Of a stretch of 64,000 nt of DNA, positions 11,003 to 19,472 are shown piece by piece; the first letter of the stretch is position 1, and every line of letters starts with the position of its first letter. Location: positions 846 through 64,845 of the forward strand of contig CBDUSO010000006.1 of the NCBI GenBank assembly GCA_965370295.1. Reading direction: 5' to 3'. Both the position numbers and the translations under genes were made by a program. The notes under the pieces are model-generated. The model searched no databases and was not told where the DNA came from. It saw nothing but the letters and a program-made list of their open reading frames with translations. Source of the stretch: an uncultured bacterium. GTDB lineage: Bacteria > Caldisericota > Caldisericia > JAAYUI01.

Positions 11003-11592
11003 TGACGAAAAAAATAATTTCTGCTCTAATAATTTTCACTCTTTCTTTTGTATTCATCAGCTCTATTTCCGCGAAAGAACCGTTTGATAAGCTGAGCTAT
11101 CTTTTGGAAAAAGATTTTCTTACATCCGCTGAAATTATTGAAAATGCCGACATTCTCGATGGATACCTCGTTACCCTAAGGGGGGAGGTGATAAGTGAGC
11201 CACTTGAAAGAAAAGATTTTTGCTGGATAAATGTTTACGATAACGAAAACTACATATCGATTGGTGTGATGACCACCACTGAGATGATTTCAGAAATTGA
11301 ATTTTGGGGAAGCCACCGGACAACTGGAGATACTGTCGATATAAAAGGAACTGTTTTTAGGGCAGACCCATCTGCTGACGGGGAACTCGATATGCACGCA
11401 AAAAATATATCGATAGTACGCGATATTCCTGCTGGTCCACGAAATATTGATATCCCACCCTGGAAACTTTTACTGGCTATTATTCTAACACTACTGATGT
11501 TAATTATATTTTTTGAGAAAGCATATCACTTCATCAAAACAAAAGTGGAAACGAGGAATACTCATATTCTTGAGGATTACATGGAAAACTAA
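10999..11592 (+). CDS. Hypothetical secreted/membrane protein
   Basis: 197 aa with an N-terminal signal/TM segment and a C-terminal TM helix. Translationally coupled to trkH (ATGA). Confidence 0.4.
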   Translation: MMTKKIISALIIFTLSFVFISSISAKEPFDKLSYLLEKDFLTSAEIIENADILDGYLVTLRGEVISEPLERKDFCWINVYDNENYISIGVMTTTEMISEIEFWGSHRTTGDTVDIKGTVFRADPSADGELDMHAKNISIVRDIPAGPRNIDIPPWKLLLAIILTLLMLIIFFEKAYHFIKTKVETRNTHILEDYMEN

Positions 11593-11604
11593 TACTGTTA
11601 CAAG

Positions 11605-11814
11605 CTAGCCCTTCATCCCCATTGCTCGCTCGATAACCTCAGCATCATCATGCGTAATGCTTCCATCTGCTTTGTGTTTTTTCAGATTTTCCAATATTTT
11701 CATGTTGTCCAAATCCTTACCTCTGTGCCTGAGTACAATATACCAAAAGAGATAAACCGCACCCACCACAAAAAGCAATGACATTGGTCCTGCCACGTAA
11801 TATATCCAATCCAC
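11605..11814 (-). CDS. Small membrane protein with SHOCT-like C-terminal domain
   Basis: 69 aa. An N-terminal TM helix is followed by ILENLKK...GSITHDDAEVIERAMG, which resembles the SHOCT motif (L..L...G.IT.EEF). Confidence 0.35.
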   Translation of the reverse strand: MDWIYYVAGPMSLLFVVGAVYLFWYIVLRHRGKDLDNMKILENLKKHKADGSITHDDAEVIERAMGMKG

Positions 11815-11921
11815 GACGATACCTCCTACAAAATCATTTGAGAGATAACCCTCTCATCTTCCGACTTGAAGTGACCTTATATACTATATTGGAATAATCA
11901 TCTATTTCCAAATATATAAAG

Positions 11922-11956
11922 AAAACACCCCCTCCAAAGTCCGAAGGGGGTGTTTT
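11922..11956. terminator. Bidirectional rho-independent terminator
   Basis: AAAACACCCCCT-N11-AGGGGGTGTTTT is a perfect 12-bp stem with A/T runs on both sides. It lies directly downstream of the minus-strand gene 11988..12374. Confidence 0.55.
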
Positions 11957-11987
11957 GTAAAACTAATTCAAGTTAATTCAGAATGGA

Positions 11988-12374
11988 TTACTTCTGTTCG
12001 TTTGCCCAACCAAGGACTGCAAAGAAGAGCAAATGGGCAATAGTTGGGACCCAAATTCCTGGCCATGCGACAAACATGTCCTTAAAGGTTGTAAGGACAT
12101 TAAGTGGATAGATTGCAGCACCAGGCCATTTAATCAGCATGACTAAAATTGCCACCACAAGGAAGACAACTATGTAAACAATGCCGACCATAATAGCATT
12201 TCCTACACCTTTAACGCCTCTGAAGGCAAAGGCAAGCCCACCATAGACCAGAGCTATTTTAAGAACAGTCCACAACCAGTCAATCTTGATCACATTCACA
12301 AATAACCAAGCAAGAACGGCAAACAACACAGCAATCACCAACGCGTACATCACATGTTTCTTATCAAATTCCAT
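11988..12374 (-). CDS. Small polytopic membrane protein, paralogue 1
   Basis: 128 aa, about 4 TM. Clearly paralogous to 12919..13314, with shared blocks (ME.D.K, ...VKG..N......IV..L.........). Confidence 0.5.
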   Translation of the reverse strand: MEFDKKHVMYALVIAVLFAVLAWLFVNVIKIDWLWTVLKIALVYGGLAFAFRGVKGVGNAIMVGIVYIVVFLVVAILVMLIKWPGAAIYPLNVLTTFKDMFVAWPGIWVPTIAHLLFFAVLGWANEQK

Positions 12375-12647
12375 CTTATAACCTCCAGGTATTTTATTTG
12401 CAGGTTTTGCCTGCTTATAATATTGGACAGATATAAATCGATTTGGTTACAATGGACAAAATGCAGAATGGTAATCGTTATGATTATGTGTTTATCTCGC
12501 GGGTGTCCAAACCTTTAGATTCTGAATCAAGTTCAGAATGACGAGAGATATTCAAGATGACGGGGTACTGTTCGGAATGGTTGTTTATCATTCCATGCTT
12601 GAAGTCGTGGAATATTTTTTAGAACAAATATCCTAGCAGACGACCTC

Positions 12648-12797
12648 CGTCATTCCGCACTTGATGCGGAATCCAGGGTTTATAAAATCACATGGATATT
12701 AGAAAACAGCAACAAATCACCCGGACAAAATAACTATTCTAGAAAATATTCACTCACCATCTGGTACCCTGGATTCCTGGTGGGTCCAGGAATGACG
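12648..12797. repeat. MITE-like palindromic repeat element, copy A (about 150 bp)
   Basis: CGTCATTCCGCACTTGATGCGGAATCCAGGG ... CCCTGGATTCCTGGTGGGTCCAGGAATGACG. The termini are mutually inverted (CGTCATTCC/GGAATGACG) and each forms its own hairpin. A near-identical copy lies at 49657..49810. Confidence 0.5.
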
Positions 12798-12850
12798 AGA
12801 TACCATCTAACCACTTACAAAGGGGGTCTTTGACAACTCAATTTATTCCC

Positions 12851-12890
12851 AAAAAAAACAAATCCCCCTTCAAAGTTTTGAAGGGGGATT
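12851..12890 (-). terminator. Rho-independent terminator
   Basis: AATCCCCCTTCAAA/TTTGAAGGGGGATT is a perfect inverted repeat. It is preceded by A8 on the plus strand, which gives a U-run on the minus strand. It lies immediately 3' of the minus-strand gene 12919..13314. Confidence 0.55.
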
Positions 12891-12918
12891 CTATTCAAGC
12901 TATGCTAATTCAAAAATA

Positions 12919-13314
12919 TTATTTAGCTTTTTTTGCGTGGAAATATCCAAGTGCAACTACGAGCATGATGACTGCGATTGAAGGAAGCCATAACCCATCT
13001 TTCCAGGTGAAAAGCATATCCCATGTTTTCTCAGCATATGGAAATGGTGCATAAACTTCCATTCCAATAACCAAAGTCACCATGTATAAACCTAACCACA
13101 CAATTACAAACTGGATTCCAGCAATAAAGCCATTTGCTATTCCTTTGACTGTTTTGAGAGCATAACCAGATACCGCAAACAGGATAACGAGAAGAAGCAT
13201 GTGCCATATAATATTTCCTACTTCACCAAGGTATACATTGCAAACCCAACCTACCAGTATGTAAGTTGCACCAATCAAAAAAGCATACCAAAATTGCTTT
13301 ACGTCGAGTTCCAT
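12919..13314 (-). CDS. Small polytopic membrane protein, paralogue 2
   Basis: 131 aa, about 4 TM. Paralogue of 11988..12374. Confidence 0.5.
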   Translation of the reverse strand: MELDVKQFWYAFLIGATYILVGWVCNVYLGEVGNIIWHMLLLVILFAVSGYALKTVKGIANGFIAGIQFVIVWLGLYMVTLVIGMEVYAPFPYAEKTWDMLFTWKDGLWLPSIAVIMLVVALGYFHAKKAK

Positions 13315-13444
13315 AATGAGACCTCCAAATTGTTTTATTTACAGATATTATCTGTGGAGTACTGAACATGTTGTTTGTTTTTTTGTGTAAGTCAATGACA
13401 AAAAGTATTTTTGGATAATACATTGAAATAAAATTTTGTATCTA

Positions 13445-13478
13445 AAAAAAATACCCCCTCCAGAGTCCAGGAGGGGGT
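13445..13478 (-). terminator. Rho-independent terminator
   Basis: ACCCCCTCC-N8-GGAGGGGGT stem, preceded by A7 on the plus strand (a U-run on the minus strand). It lies 3' of the minus-strand gene 13510..14070. Confidence 0.55.
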
Positions 13479-13509
13479 TTGGGTAAACGATTGTGTATGT
13501 GCTTGAGGT

Positions 13510-14070
13510 TTATCCGAGTTTTTCTTTTACCTGTTCATCAATATTACCCGGAAGATTGATTCCTGCTTCGGTGGCAAGGTAATAAACAAATAGACCCGCA
13601 AGCCCAATTTTAATTAAATTTACTATAATCTCACCAGCATATGGCACTAGGTAAATCGGTGTTATTATAAAGACTAACATAAGAATCCAACCCATCCAGT
13701 TTATAGTTTTAGACTTGTTATTTATAAAACCAAATGCAAAAAATAGGAAAGCGATATGCAATAATGCATTTGCTGATAGTGCAACCATACCACCATAACC
13801 ACCACCCATTCCTGCCATCATACCAAGACCGGGGATTAAACCAGAACCTAAAGCCTGAAAGGAACCAAGAACACCGATAATAAATCCAACAATTGCAAAT
13901 CCATTGTTTCCTTCTTTTGAAATAAGATAAAAGAAGAAAACCATTATTATTCCAACGTATGCGGATGCCTGAGTCATCATAGGAACCTGAAAGATTCCAA
14001 GCAGAAGTGTCAAAGCCCAAATTCCAACCAGGATCATAAATCCATATGCATTCATCTTGTTTTTAAACAT
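13510..14070 (-). CDS. Polytopic membrane protein with glycine-zipper region
   Basis: 186 aa with multiple TM helices and a GxxxG-rich segment (GSGLIPGLGMMAGMGGGYGGM). Confidence 0.5.
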   Translation of the reverse strand: MFKNKMNAYGFMILVGIWALTLLLGIFQVPMMTQASAYVGIIMVFFFYLISKEGNNGFAIVGFIIGVLGSFQALGSGLIPGLGMMAGMGGGYGGMVALSANALLHIAFLFFAFGFINNKSKTINWMGWILMLVFIITPIYLVPYAGEIIVNLIKIGLAGLFVYYLATEAGINLPGNIDEQVKEKLG

Positions 14071-14218
14071 ATCAAACCTCCATTGTTTTTAGTCAGGTTT
14101 CCCTGCACAGATTATGACCATTTCAAGGTGCTTTTGTTACAAACCATCATTGCTAAAATCATTCACCTTGCTTGACAAAACTGAATCTGCTATATTCGTT
14201 CTCGTGCGAAGAACAAGT

Positions 14219-15790
14219 ATGTTTCTAATTTCGATAGCTATGTGTGTGTTCGTTGTTGCCGGGTGCTTTCACACTCAGATAACTGAACTGCCTGATCCAA
14301 TCAAGGTTCCTGTGATTGTTCATGAAGAGCAACCCAAGGAGAAATTTTTTCCGCTTGGCTGGTATTCTTCACTTGATCCAACTGAACTGAAAGAAATTGC
14401 TGACCTCGGTGGAAACTTTGTAATCACCTACATTCTTTCGGGTCGAGAAGACTTCAAAATAAAACCATTTCTTGACGAAGCTGAAAAACAGGGAATAAAA
14501 GTTTTGTTGGATGTAACGGCTGACTGGATGTGGCTGGATGACGATATGCCACAACCTTCTCACGCGATTGGTGACTGGCGATGGAGCTTCAAGCATGCCT
14601 ACTCCAAACGTGCCTCCCACCACGGTGCATTTAGAAAAAATGAAAAAAATGATCATGGATTCCGCTTCGCTGAAGGCGGGTATCCCGTGATGAATATTCA
14701 ACCCCACGACATCATTGAGAACTGGATTTATATCCCTTCAAGCTCAAATGTCAGCGAGTTAATGATTGAGTTTTGGGCGGCAAAGTTGACTGGTGGATTC
14801 AGCTGGAAATATCGAGTCTACTGGGGTGAGGATAAGTGCCAGCGAGTGTTTGATGGTGAAACCCTTCCAAAGGTCAGAGCTGGAGATATTCCAAAAGAGC
14901 GAGATGAATGGATAAAGCTCTCTTTCAATGTTGACCTCATAGACCTTGACCAAACCGTTGTCCATGGAATCAATTTTGTAAACTTCGGTTCACAGGTTTA
15001 CTGGGACAAACTAACCAGAAGAACTGGGAAGCAACGTCTGCAGGAGAGGGTCGCAGAGTTCTGGGATCATCCCGCCCTCTACGGTTGGTATCTCTGTGAT
15101 GAACCCGAAATGCGAAACATCACCCCCGAACGAATGAAAGAAATCTACGACATTATCAGAGAGGCAGACCCAGACCCGAATAATATTCTTGCTCCAGTTT
15201 ATCAGGATTGGAAAATTGTTGAGCCATATTCAAACTCTTCTGATGAAATTTTCATCGATTGTTACCCGGTTGAAACCGATAGACAGGTTCTCGACTGGAT
15301 GACAAAATGGGTATCTGAAGCAAATCGCATCGCACTCAAACAAAACAAAAATTTCTACTTTATACCTCAAGCATTTGGAGACATCTCTGCATACCCCAAC
15401 TGGACAAGACCCAACGAACACCAATTCAGATGGATGACCTGGACACCGATAATCATGGGTGCAAGAGGAATTATTTATTGGGCATACTACGTTGCACCAG
15501 ATTATCTAATCGAGCAATCCAAATCCCTGTTCACAGAAATAAAACAGTACATGGACTATTTCACAAAAGGAAATCCCGTTACTGGTTTATCCTGTAACAT
15601 CACAAAGGACAGCGATGATGACGGAAACCCTGATGTTCTTTACAGTGCGATTGACCATAACGGAAAACGCCTGCTGATGATTTCAAATGGTATTTCAAAA
15701 TCTCAATCCGTCACAATAAGTGGTCCTGAATTCAGAGTGTATTTTGAGATGCTACCTCACGAAATCATCATCAAAGAGTTAGAATTCTAA
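14219..15790 (+). CDS. Putative lipoprotein, possible glycoside-hydrolase-like TIM-barrel protein
   Basis: The ORF is open from 14114, but a lipoprotein-type signal (MFLISIAMCVFVVAGC) begins at 14219. The body is Trp/Tyr-rich (GWYLCDEPE, FIPQAFGD). Function is not assignable. Confidence 0.45.
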   Translation: MFLISIAMCVFVVAGCFHTQITELPDPIKVPVIVHEEQPKEKFFPLGWYSSLDPTELKEIADLGGNFVITYILSGREDFKIKPFLDEAEKQGIKVLLDVTADWMWLDDDMPQPSHAIGDWRWSFKHAYSKRASHHGAFRKNEKNDHGFRFAEGGYPVMNIQPHDIIENWIYIPSSSNVSELMIEFWAAKLTGGFSWKYRVYWGEDKCQRVFDGETLPKVRAGDIPKERDEWIKLSFNVDLIDLDQTVVHGINFVNFGSQVYWDKLTRRTGKQRLQERVAEFWDHPALYGWYLCDEPEMRNITPERMKEIYDIIREADPDPNNILAPVYQDWKIVEPYSNSSDEIFIDCYPVETDRQVLDWMTKWVSEANRIALKQNKNFYFIPQAFGDISAYPNWTRPNEHQFRWMTWTPIIMGARGIIYWAYYVAPDYLIEQSKSLFTEIKQYMDYFTKGNPVTGLSCNITKDSDDDGNPDVLYSAIDHNGKRLLMISNGISKSQSVTISGPEFRVYFEMLPHEIIIKELEF

Positions 15791-15805
15791 GGAAGGAGAA
15801 GGAAA

Positions 15806-15994
15806 ATGCTACGCTGGGCAAACAGGTTTTTAGCTGTTCTCTTGATGGTTGGTGGTGTTTTGATGATAGTCATCAAGGATGAATTTGGTCATCCGGTTGG
15901 AATCTCAATTCCAGGGCATGTCACACCATGGTTATCCTGGATAATATTTATTGTGGGCTTTGCATATTTCCTGATTTCATTTTTTAAAGAATGA
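15806..15994 (+). CDS. Small two-TM membrane protein
   Basis: 62 aa with two hydrophobic helices. An SD-like GGAAGGAGAAGG lies upstream. Its stop overlaps the ECF sigma start (ATGA). Confidence 0.3.
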   Translation: MLRWANRFLAVLLMVGGVLMIVIKDEFGHPVGISIPGHVTPWLSWIIFIVGFAYFLISFFKE

Positions 15995-16530
15995 GTAAAC
16001 TTCCAAACGAAGAAGAAATAATAGTTCGAGCAAAAGCGGGTGACATATCTGCTTTTGAGATAATTATTGAGGCATTCCAGGATGTGGTTTACACAAAAGC
16101 ATACTACATCATGGGCAACAAAGATGATGCAATGGACATCATGCAATCTGTGTTTTTAAAAGTTTTTTTGAGCATCAGGAGGTTCAAGGCAAAGTCGCTT
16201 CTTTCAACCTGGATTTATCGAATCACTGTGAACTCCTGCCTCAGGGAACTGAAAAAAAGAAAACGCAGACCACCTGCTGAAGTTGATATAAACACAACAC
16301 CAACCGACAAAACCATCCAAGTTGAAGAAGAAAATATTGCACTCCAGATACTCTCAAAATTACCGGAACCATATCGAATAATTTTGATTCTGAGAGAAAT
16401 GGACGAACTTTCGTTCAAAGAGATTGCAGACCAATTGAAAATAAAAGAGAATCTTGCCAAAGTACGAGCATTCAGAGCCAAAAAAAGATTCAAACAACTA
16501 ATGAAGGAGTATTTGAAAAATGGGAACTAA
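15991..16530 (+). CDS. RNA polymerase sigma factor, ECF (sigma-70 group 4) family
   Basis: 179 aa with region-2 and region-4 signatures (YYIMGNKDDAMDIMQSVFLKVF..., LPEPYRIILILREMDELSFKEIADQL). Confidence 0.8.
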   Translation: MSKLPNEEEIIVRAKAGDISAFEIIIEAFQDVVYTKAYYIMGNKDDAMDIMQSVFLKVFLSIRRFKAKSLLSTWIYRITVNSCLRELKKRKRRPPAEVDINTTPTDKTIQVEEENIALQILSKLPEPYRIILILREMDELSFKEIADQLKIKENLAKVRAFRAKKRFKQLMKEYLKNGN

Positions 16531-17425
16531 CGCATTTTTGATGCCCGGTCAGGGTTCGCAGTATGTCGGCATGACAGAGAAATTGAAGCAATTTCCAAGT
16601 GCGATGAAAATTATCGAACAGGCAAATGAAATTCTAGGATTCGATATTGCTGGATTGATGGAGAATGGTCCAGTTGAGAAATTAACTCAAACAGAGAACA
16701 CCCAACCCGCCCTCGTTGCAACTTCTTGTGCATGGCTGAAAATTGTTCGCTCAAAGGGAACAGACTGCCAGATAGCCCTTGGACACAGTCTTGGTGAGTA
16801 TTCTGCTCTGTACAGTGCCGGTTCCATGAGTTTGGAAACCACACTCAAATTGGTCAGAAGGCGTGGAGAATTGATGCGTGATGCTACCTCCTCAATCCCT
16901 GGGACAATGGGTGCAATCATTCGACTTGAAAAGAGCAAGGTTGAAGAGGTCTGCAAAAAGGCAAGCGAACTCGGAGTTTGTGAGCCTGCCAATTTCAATT
17001 CAAAGGATCAAATTGTGGTATCTGGTCAGGTTGAGGCTGTCAAAAAAGCGATGGAGCTGGCAAAAGAAGCTGGTGCTAGAATGGCAAGGTTGTTGCCGGT
17101 ATCTGCCCCGTTCCACTCATCACTGATGGATCCTGTTGCAAAAGAATTTACTGCGGATATAAATTCAGCAGAAATTGTTGATGCAAAATTCCCGGTGATC
17201 GCAAACTGCAATGCAAAACCAACTCAAAAAGCTGATGAAATCAGAGAGAATCTGATCAAACAGATAAACTCACCCGTACTCTGGGAGAAATCAATTCTTA
17301 TCGCTATGACCATGGGCATCGATTATTTCCTTGAAATTGGTGTAAAAAATGTTCTGTCAGGTCTCAACAAAAGAATCGTTCCCAACCTCACAACAGAAAA
17401 TGTTGAAGCTATTTTTTCAGAATAA
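16520..17425 (+). CDS. fabD: Malonyl-CoA:ACP transacylase FabD
   Basis: 301 aa with FLMPGQGSQYVGM, the active-site GHSLGEYSAL, and a downstream His (APFHSSLM). Overlaps the sigma gene by 11 nt. Confidence 0.85.
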   Translation: MGTNAFLMPGQGSQYVGMTEKLKQFPSAMKIIEQANEILGFDIAGLMENGPVEKLTQTENTQPALVATSCAWLKIVRSKGTDCQIALGHSLGEYSALYSAGSMSLETTLKLVRRRGELMRDATSSIPGTMGAIIRLEKSKVEEVCKKASELGVCEPANFNSKDQIVVSGQVEAVKKAMELAKEAGARMARLLPVSAPFHSSLMDPVAKEFTADINSAEIVDAKFPVIANCNAKPTQKADEIRENLIKQINSPVLWEKSILIAMTMGIDYFLEIGVKNVLSGLNKRIVPNLTTENVEAIFSE

Positions 17426-17445
17426 AAAATACATAGATTGCCAAT

Positions 17446-17482
17446 AAAAAAAGCACGACCCGCATAGAGTCGTGCTTTTTTT
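17446..17482. terminator. Bidirectional rho-independent terminator
   Basis: A7-GCACGAC-N9-GTCGTGC-T7. Lies between the convergent fabD (+) and the TlpA-like gene (-). Confidence 0.6.
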
Positions 17483-17504
17483 GATTTCAAAAATTATCTA
17501 TCGG

Positions 17505-18212
17505 CTATTCGCCTAGAACTTCTTTGATCTTTTCTGTGAGTGCGTGAACTTTGCTCTCGTCAAATCCTGTGTGCTGGTAATGAATAACCATATCTTTTGT
17601 GATGAGGAATGTTCTTGGAATTGAGGTTACACCGAGTGCTTTTGCCATTTCACGATTGCCGTCAACTGGAATATCGTATGTGATATAGCTTTCAGAAAGC
17701 GGATACTCTAATTTTTTGAAAGACTTCATTATCTTTGGATCAACGTTTAGAGTTTCATCAATTTCTTCTTCTTGGGAACACTCATCGATTGTGACAGCAA
17801 GCACGCCAAGACCTTTGTCTTTGTACTTTCTGTAGTCGTCTTCAAGGAACGGAAGTTCTTCTTTGCATGGCTCACACCAGATAGCCCAGAAATCGATTAC
17901 AAGGGCTTCAAGTCCTTCTTCTTCCATATACTCAGAGATTGAGGTTTCAATTCCAAGTGAACAGGGATGGAGTGGGAAGTGAAGGTCTGGCATCTTGTCG
18001 CCAACACTCAGCTTGACATTGGTTTCCATTCCAGGAACAACAAGAACATCGTCCTCTTCGCCATTGTTACCGTTGTCATCAACAACATCACCATTGTCAA
18101 CAGGGTCTACGGGTTTTGGATTATCAGTAGTGCCACCACCACAGGCAACCAAAGAAACTGAACCAATCAACAGAACAACTAGAAGCAATGCAAGTAATTT
18201 CATATATCTCAT
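17505..18212 (-). CDS. TlpA-like thiol:disulfide oxidoreductase lipoprotein (thioredoxin fold)
   Basis: CxxC motif WCEPCK within FWAIWCEPCKEELPFL. Lipoprotein signal (MKLLALLLVVLLIGSVSLVACGG). The ORF is open to 18248, and the start is likely Met at 18212 or 18203. Confidence 0.65.
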   Translation of the reverse strand: MRYMKLLALLLVVLLIGSVSLVACGGGTTDNPKPVDPVDNGDVVDDNGNNGEEDDVLVVPGMETNVKLSVGDKMPDLHFPLHPCSLGIETSISEYMEEEGLEALVIDFWAIWCEPCKEELPFLEDDYRKYKDKGLGVLAVTIDECSQEEEIDETLNVDPKIMKSFKKLEYPLSESYITYDIPVDGNREMAKALGVTSIPRTFLITKDMVIHYQHTGFDESKVHALTEKIKEVLGE

Positions 18213-18322
18213 AATATCTCCTTTCACATATATAGTACAATTTACCACGACATATTATTCAGTCAAGAATAGATTTTGAATACGAAACAAATATTTAATG
18301 TGTACTGCTATTCAATATCTCA

Positions 18323-18351
18323 TTGACAGTTATTACATAGAATGCTATCAT
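18323..18351 (+). promoter_or_regulatory. Candidate sigma-70 promoter for mglBA
   Basis: TTGACA-17 nt-TATCAT, about 40 nt upstream of the mglB start. An SD AAGGAG precedes the ATG. Confidence 0.4.
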
Positions 18352-18388
18352 CGTTGACACAAGCTCAGGAAAAAAAGGAGCCTCACAG

Positions 18389-18865
18389 ATGGGTGAAAAA
18401 TTAACGAATTTAGTTATTTCCGAGAAAGAACTTCGGGAGATAGATGAATATCTTGCAAAAACACTGATTGATTCTCAGGCAAAGCACATATTCCTCGTCG
18501 ATAAATCCGGACAACTTGTGAGCAAACATGGTCCCGCAACCAGACACGCCGCATCATCCATTGCTGCACTTGCCGCCGGTGTTTATGCCGCCACAAACGA
18601 ACTTGCAAGACAGATTGGTGAGACCGAATTTACAATCACATTCCATCAGGGTTCCGAGAACAATATTCATATCTCACTTTTGACACAGGAATCTCTACTG
18701 ATAATGATTTTTGATAACCGAGCTCCGATTGGTGCCATTCGCTTTTGGGCAAAAAAGATTTGCGGGATATTAGTTCCAGTCATCGAAAGAATGATGCAGG
18801 CAATTCCAGATGAATTTATTTCTGCTGGACTTGAAGACGATCTCAATCTGGACGATATTCTTTGA
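18389..18865 (+). CDS. mglB: Roadblock/LC7-domain protein (MglB-like GTPase-activating protein)
   Basis: 158 aa. Directly precedes the MglA-like GTPase, and the size and composition fit a Roadblock/LC7 fold. Confidence 0.65.
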   Translation: MGEKLTNLVISEKELREIDEYLAKTLIDSQAKHIFLVDKSGQLVSKHGPATRHAASSIAALAAGVYAATNELARQIGETEFTITFHQGSENNIHISLLTQESLLIMIFDNRAPIGAIRFWAKKICGILVPVIERMMQAIPDEFISAGLEDDLNLDDIL

Positions 18866-18890
18866 TAATCCGTAGTTTGGAGAACTAAAT

Positions 18891-19472
18891 ATGGCACTCG
18901 TAAATTTCGCAACAAAAGAAATTAATATTAAAGTGGTCTACTACGGACCGGCACTATCTGGAAAGACGACAAATTTGCAGGTTATTTATGATTATGTACC
19001 AGATAGAGTAAAGGGAAATTTTACCTCCATTGCTACCCAAACTGAACGAACCCTATTTTTTGATTTCATGCCACTTGATCTTGGTAAGGTCAGGGGTTTT
19101 GATTTACGCTTAGGTGTATACACGGTACCCGGTCAAGCAATTTATGGACTCACAAGAAAATCAATTTTGAAATCAGTTGATGCGATTGTTTTTGTTGCTG
19201 ATTCTGATCCAGATAAATTTGAAGCAAACATCGACAGTTTTGAAGACATGATAGACAACCTTGATGAATATGGTTTAGACCTTGAAAGAATCCCATTGAT
19301 TCTTCAGTACAACAAACGGGACCTCGTAAACGCTATCCCAATCGAAAGGCTTGAAGAAGCACTAAACCCCGAGAGACGTTTTCCAATTTTTGAGGCATCA
19401 GCCGTTAACGGGGAAGGGGTCAGGGAAACTCTAAAGCAGATAACAAAACTTGCAGTGGCCAGAATCCATTAG
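18891..19472 (+). CDS. mglA: Ras-like small GTPase MglA
   Basis: 193 aa. P-loop YYGPALSGKTTNL, switch region TQTERTLFFDF, and NKRDL match MglA-type GTPases. Confidence 0.8.
   Translation: MALVNFATKEINIKVVYYGPALSGKTTNLQVIYDYVPDRVKGNFTSIATQTERTLFFDFMPLDLGKVRGFDLRLGVYTVPGQAIYGLTRKSILKSVDAIVFVADSDPDKFEANIDSFEDMIDNLDEYGLDLERIPLILQYNKRDLVNAIPIERLEEALNPERRFPIFEASAVNGEGVRETLKQITKLAVARIH

Noticed and set aside
14114-14218. N-terminal extension of the lipoprotein ORF from ATG 14114
   Set aside because: The extension (MTISRCFCYKPS...) precedes a clean lipoprotein signal starting at Met 14219. The downstream start gives a conventional signal-peptide architecture.
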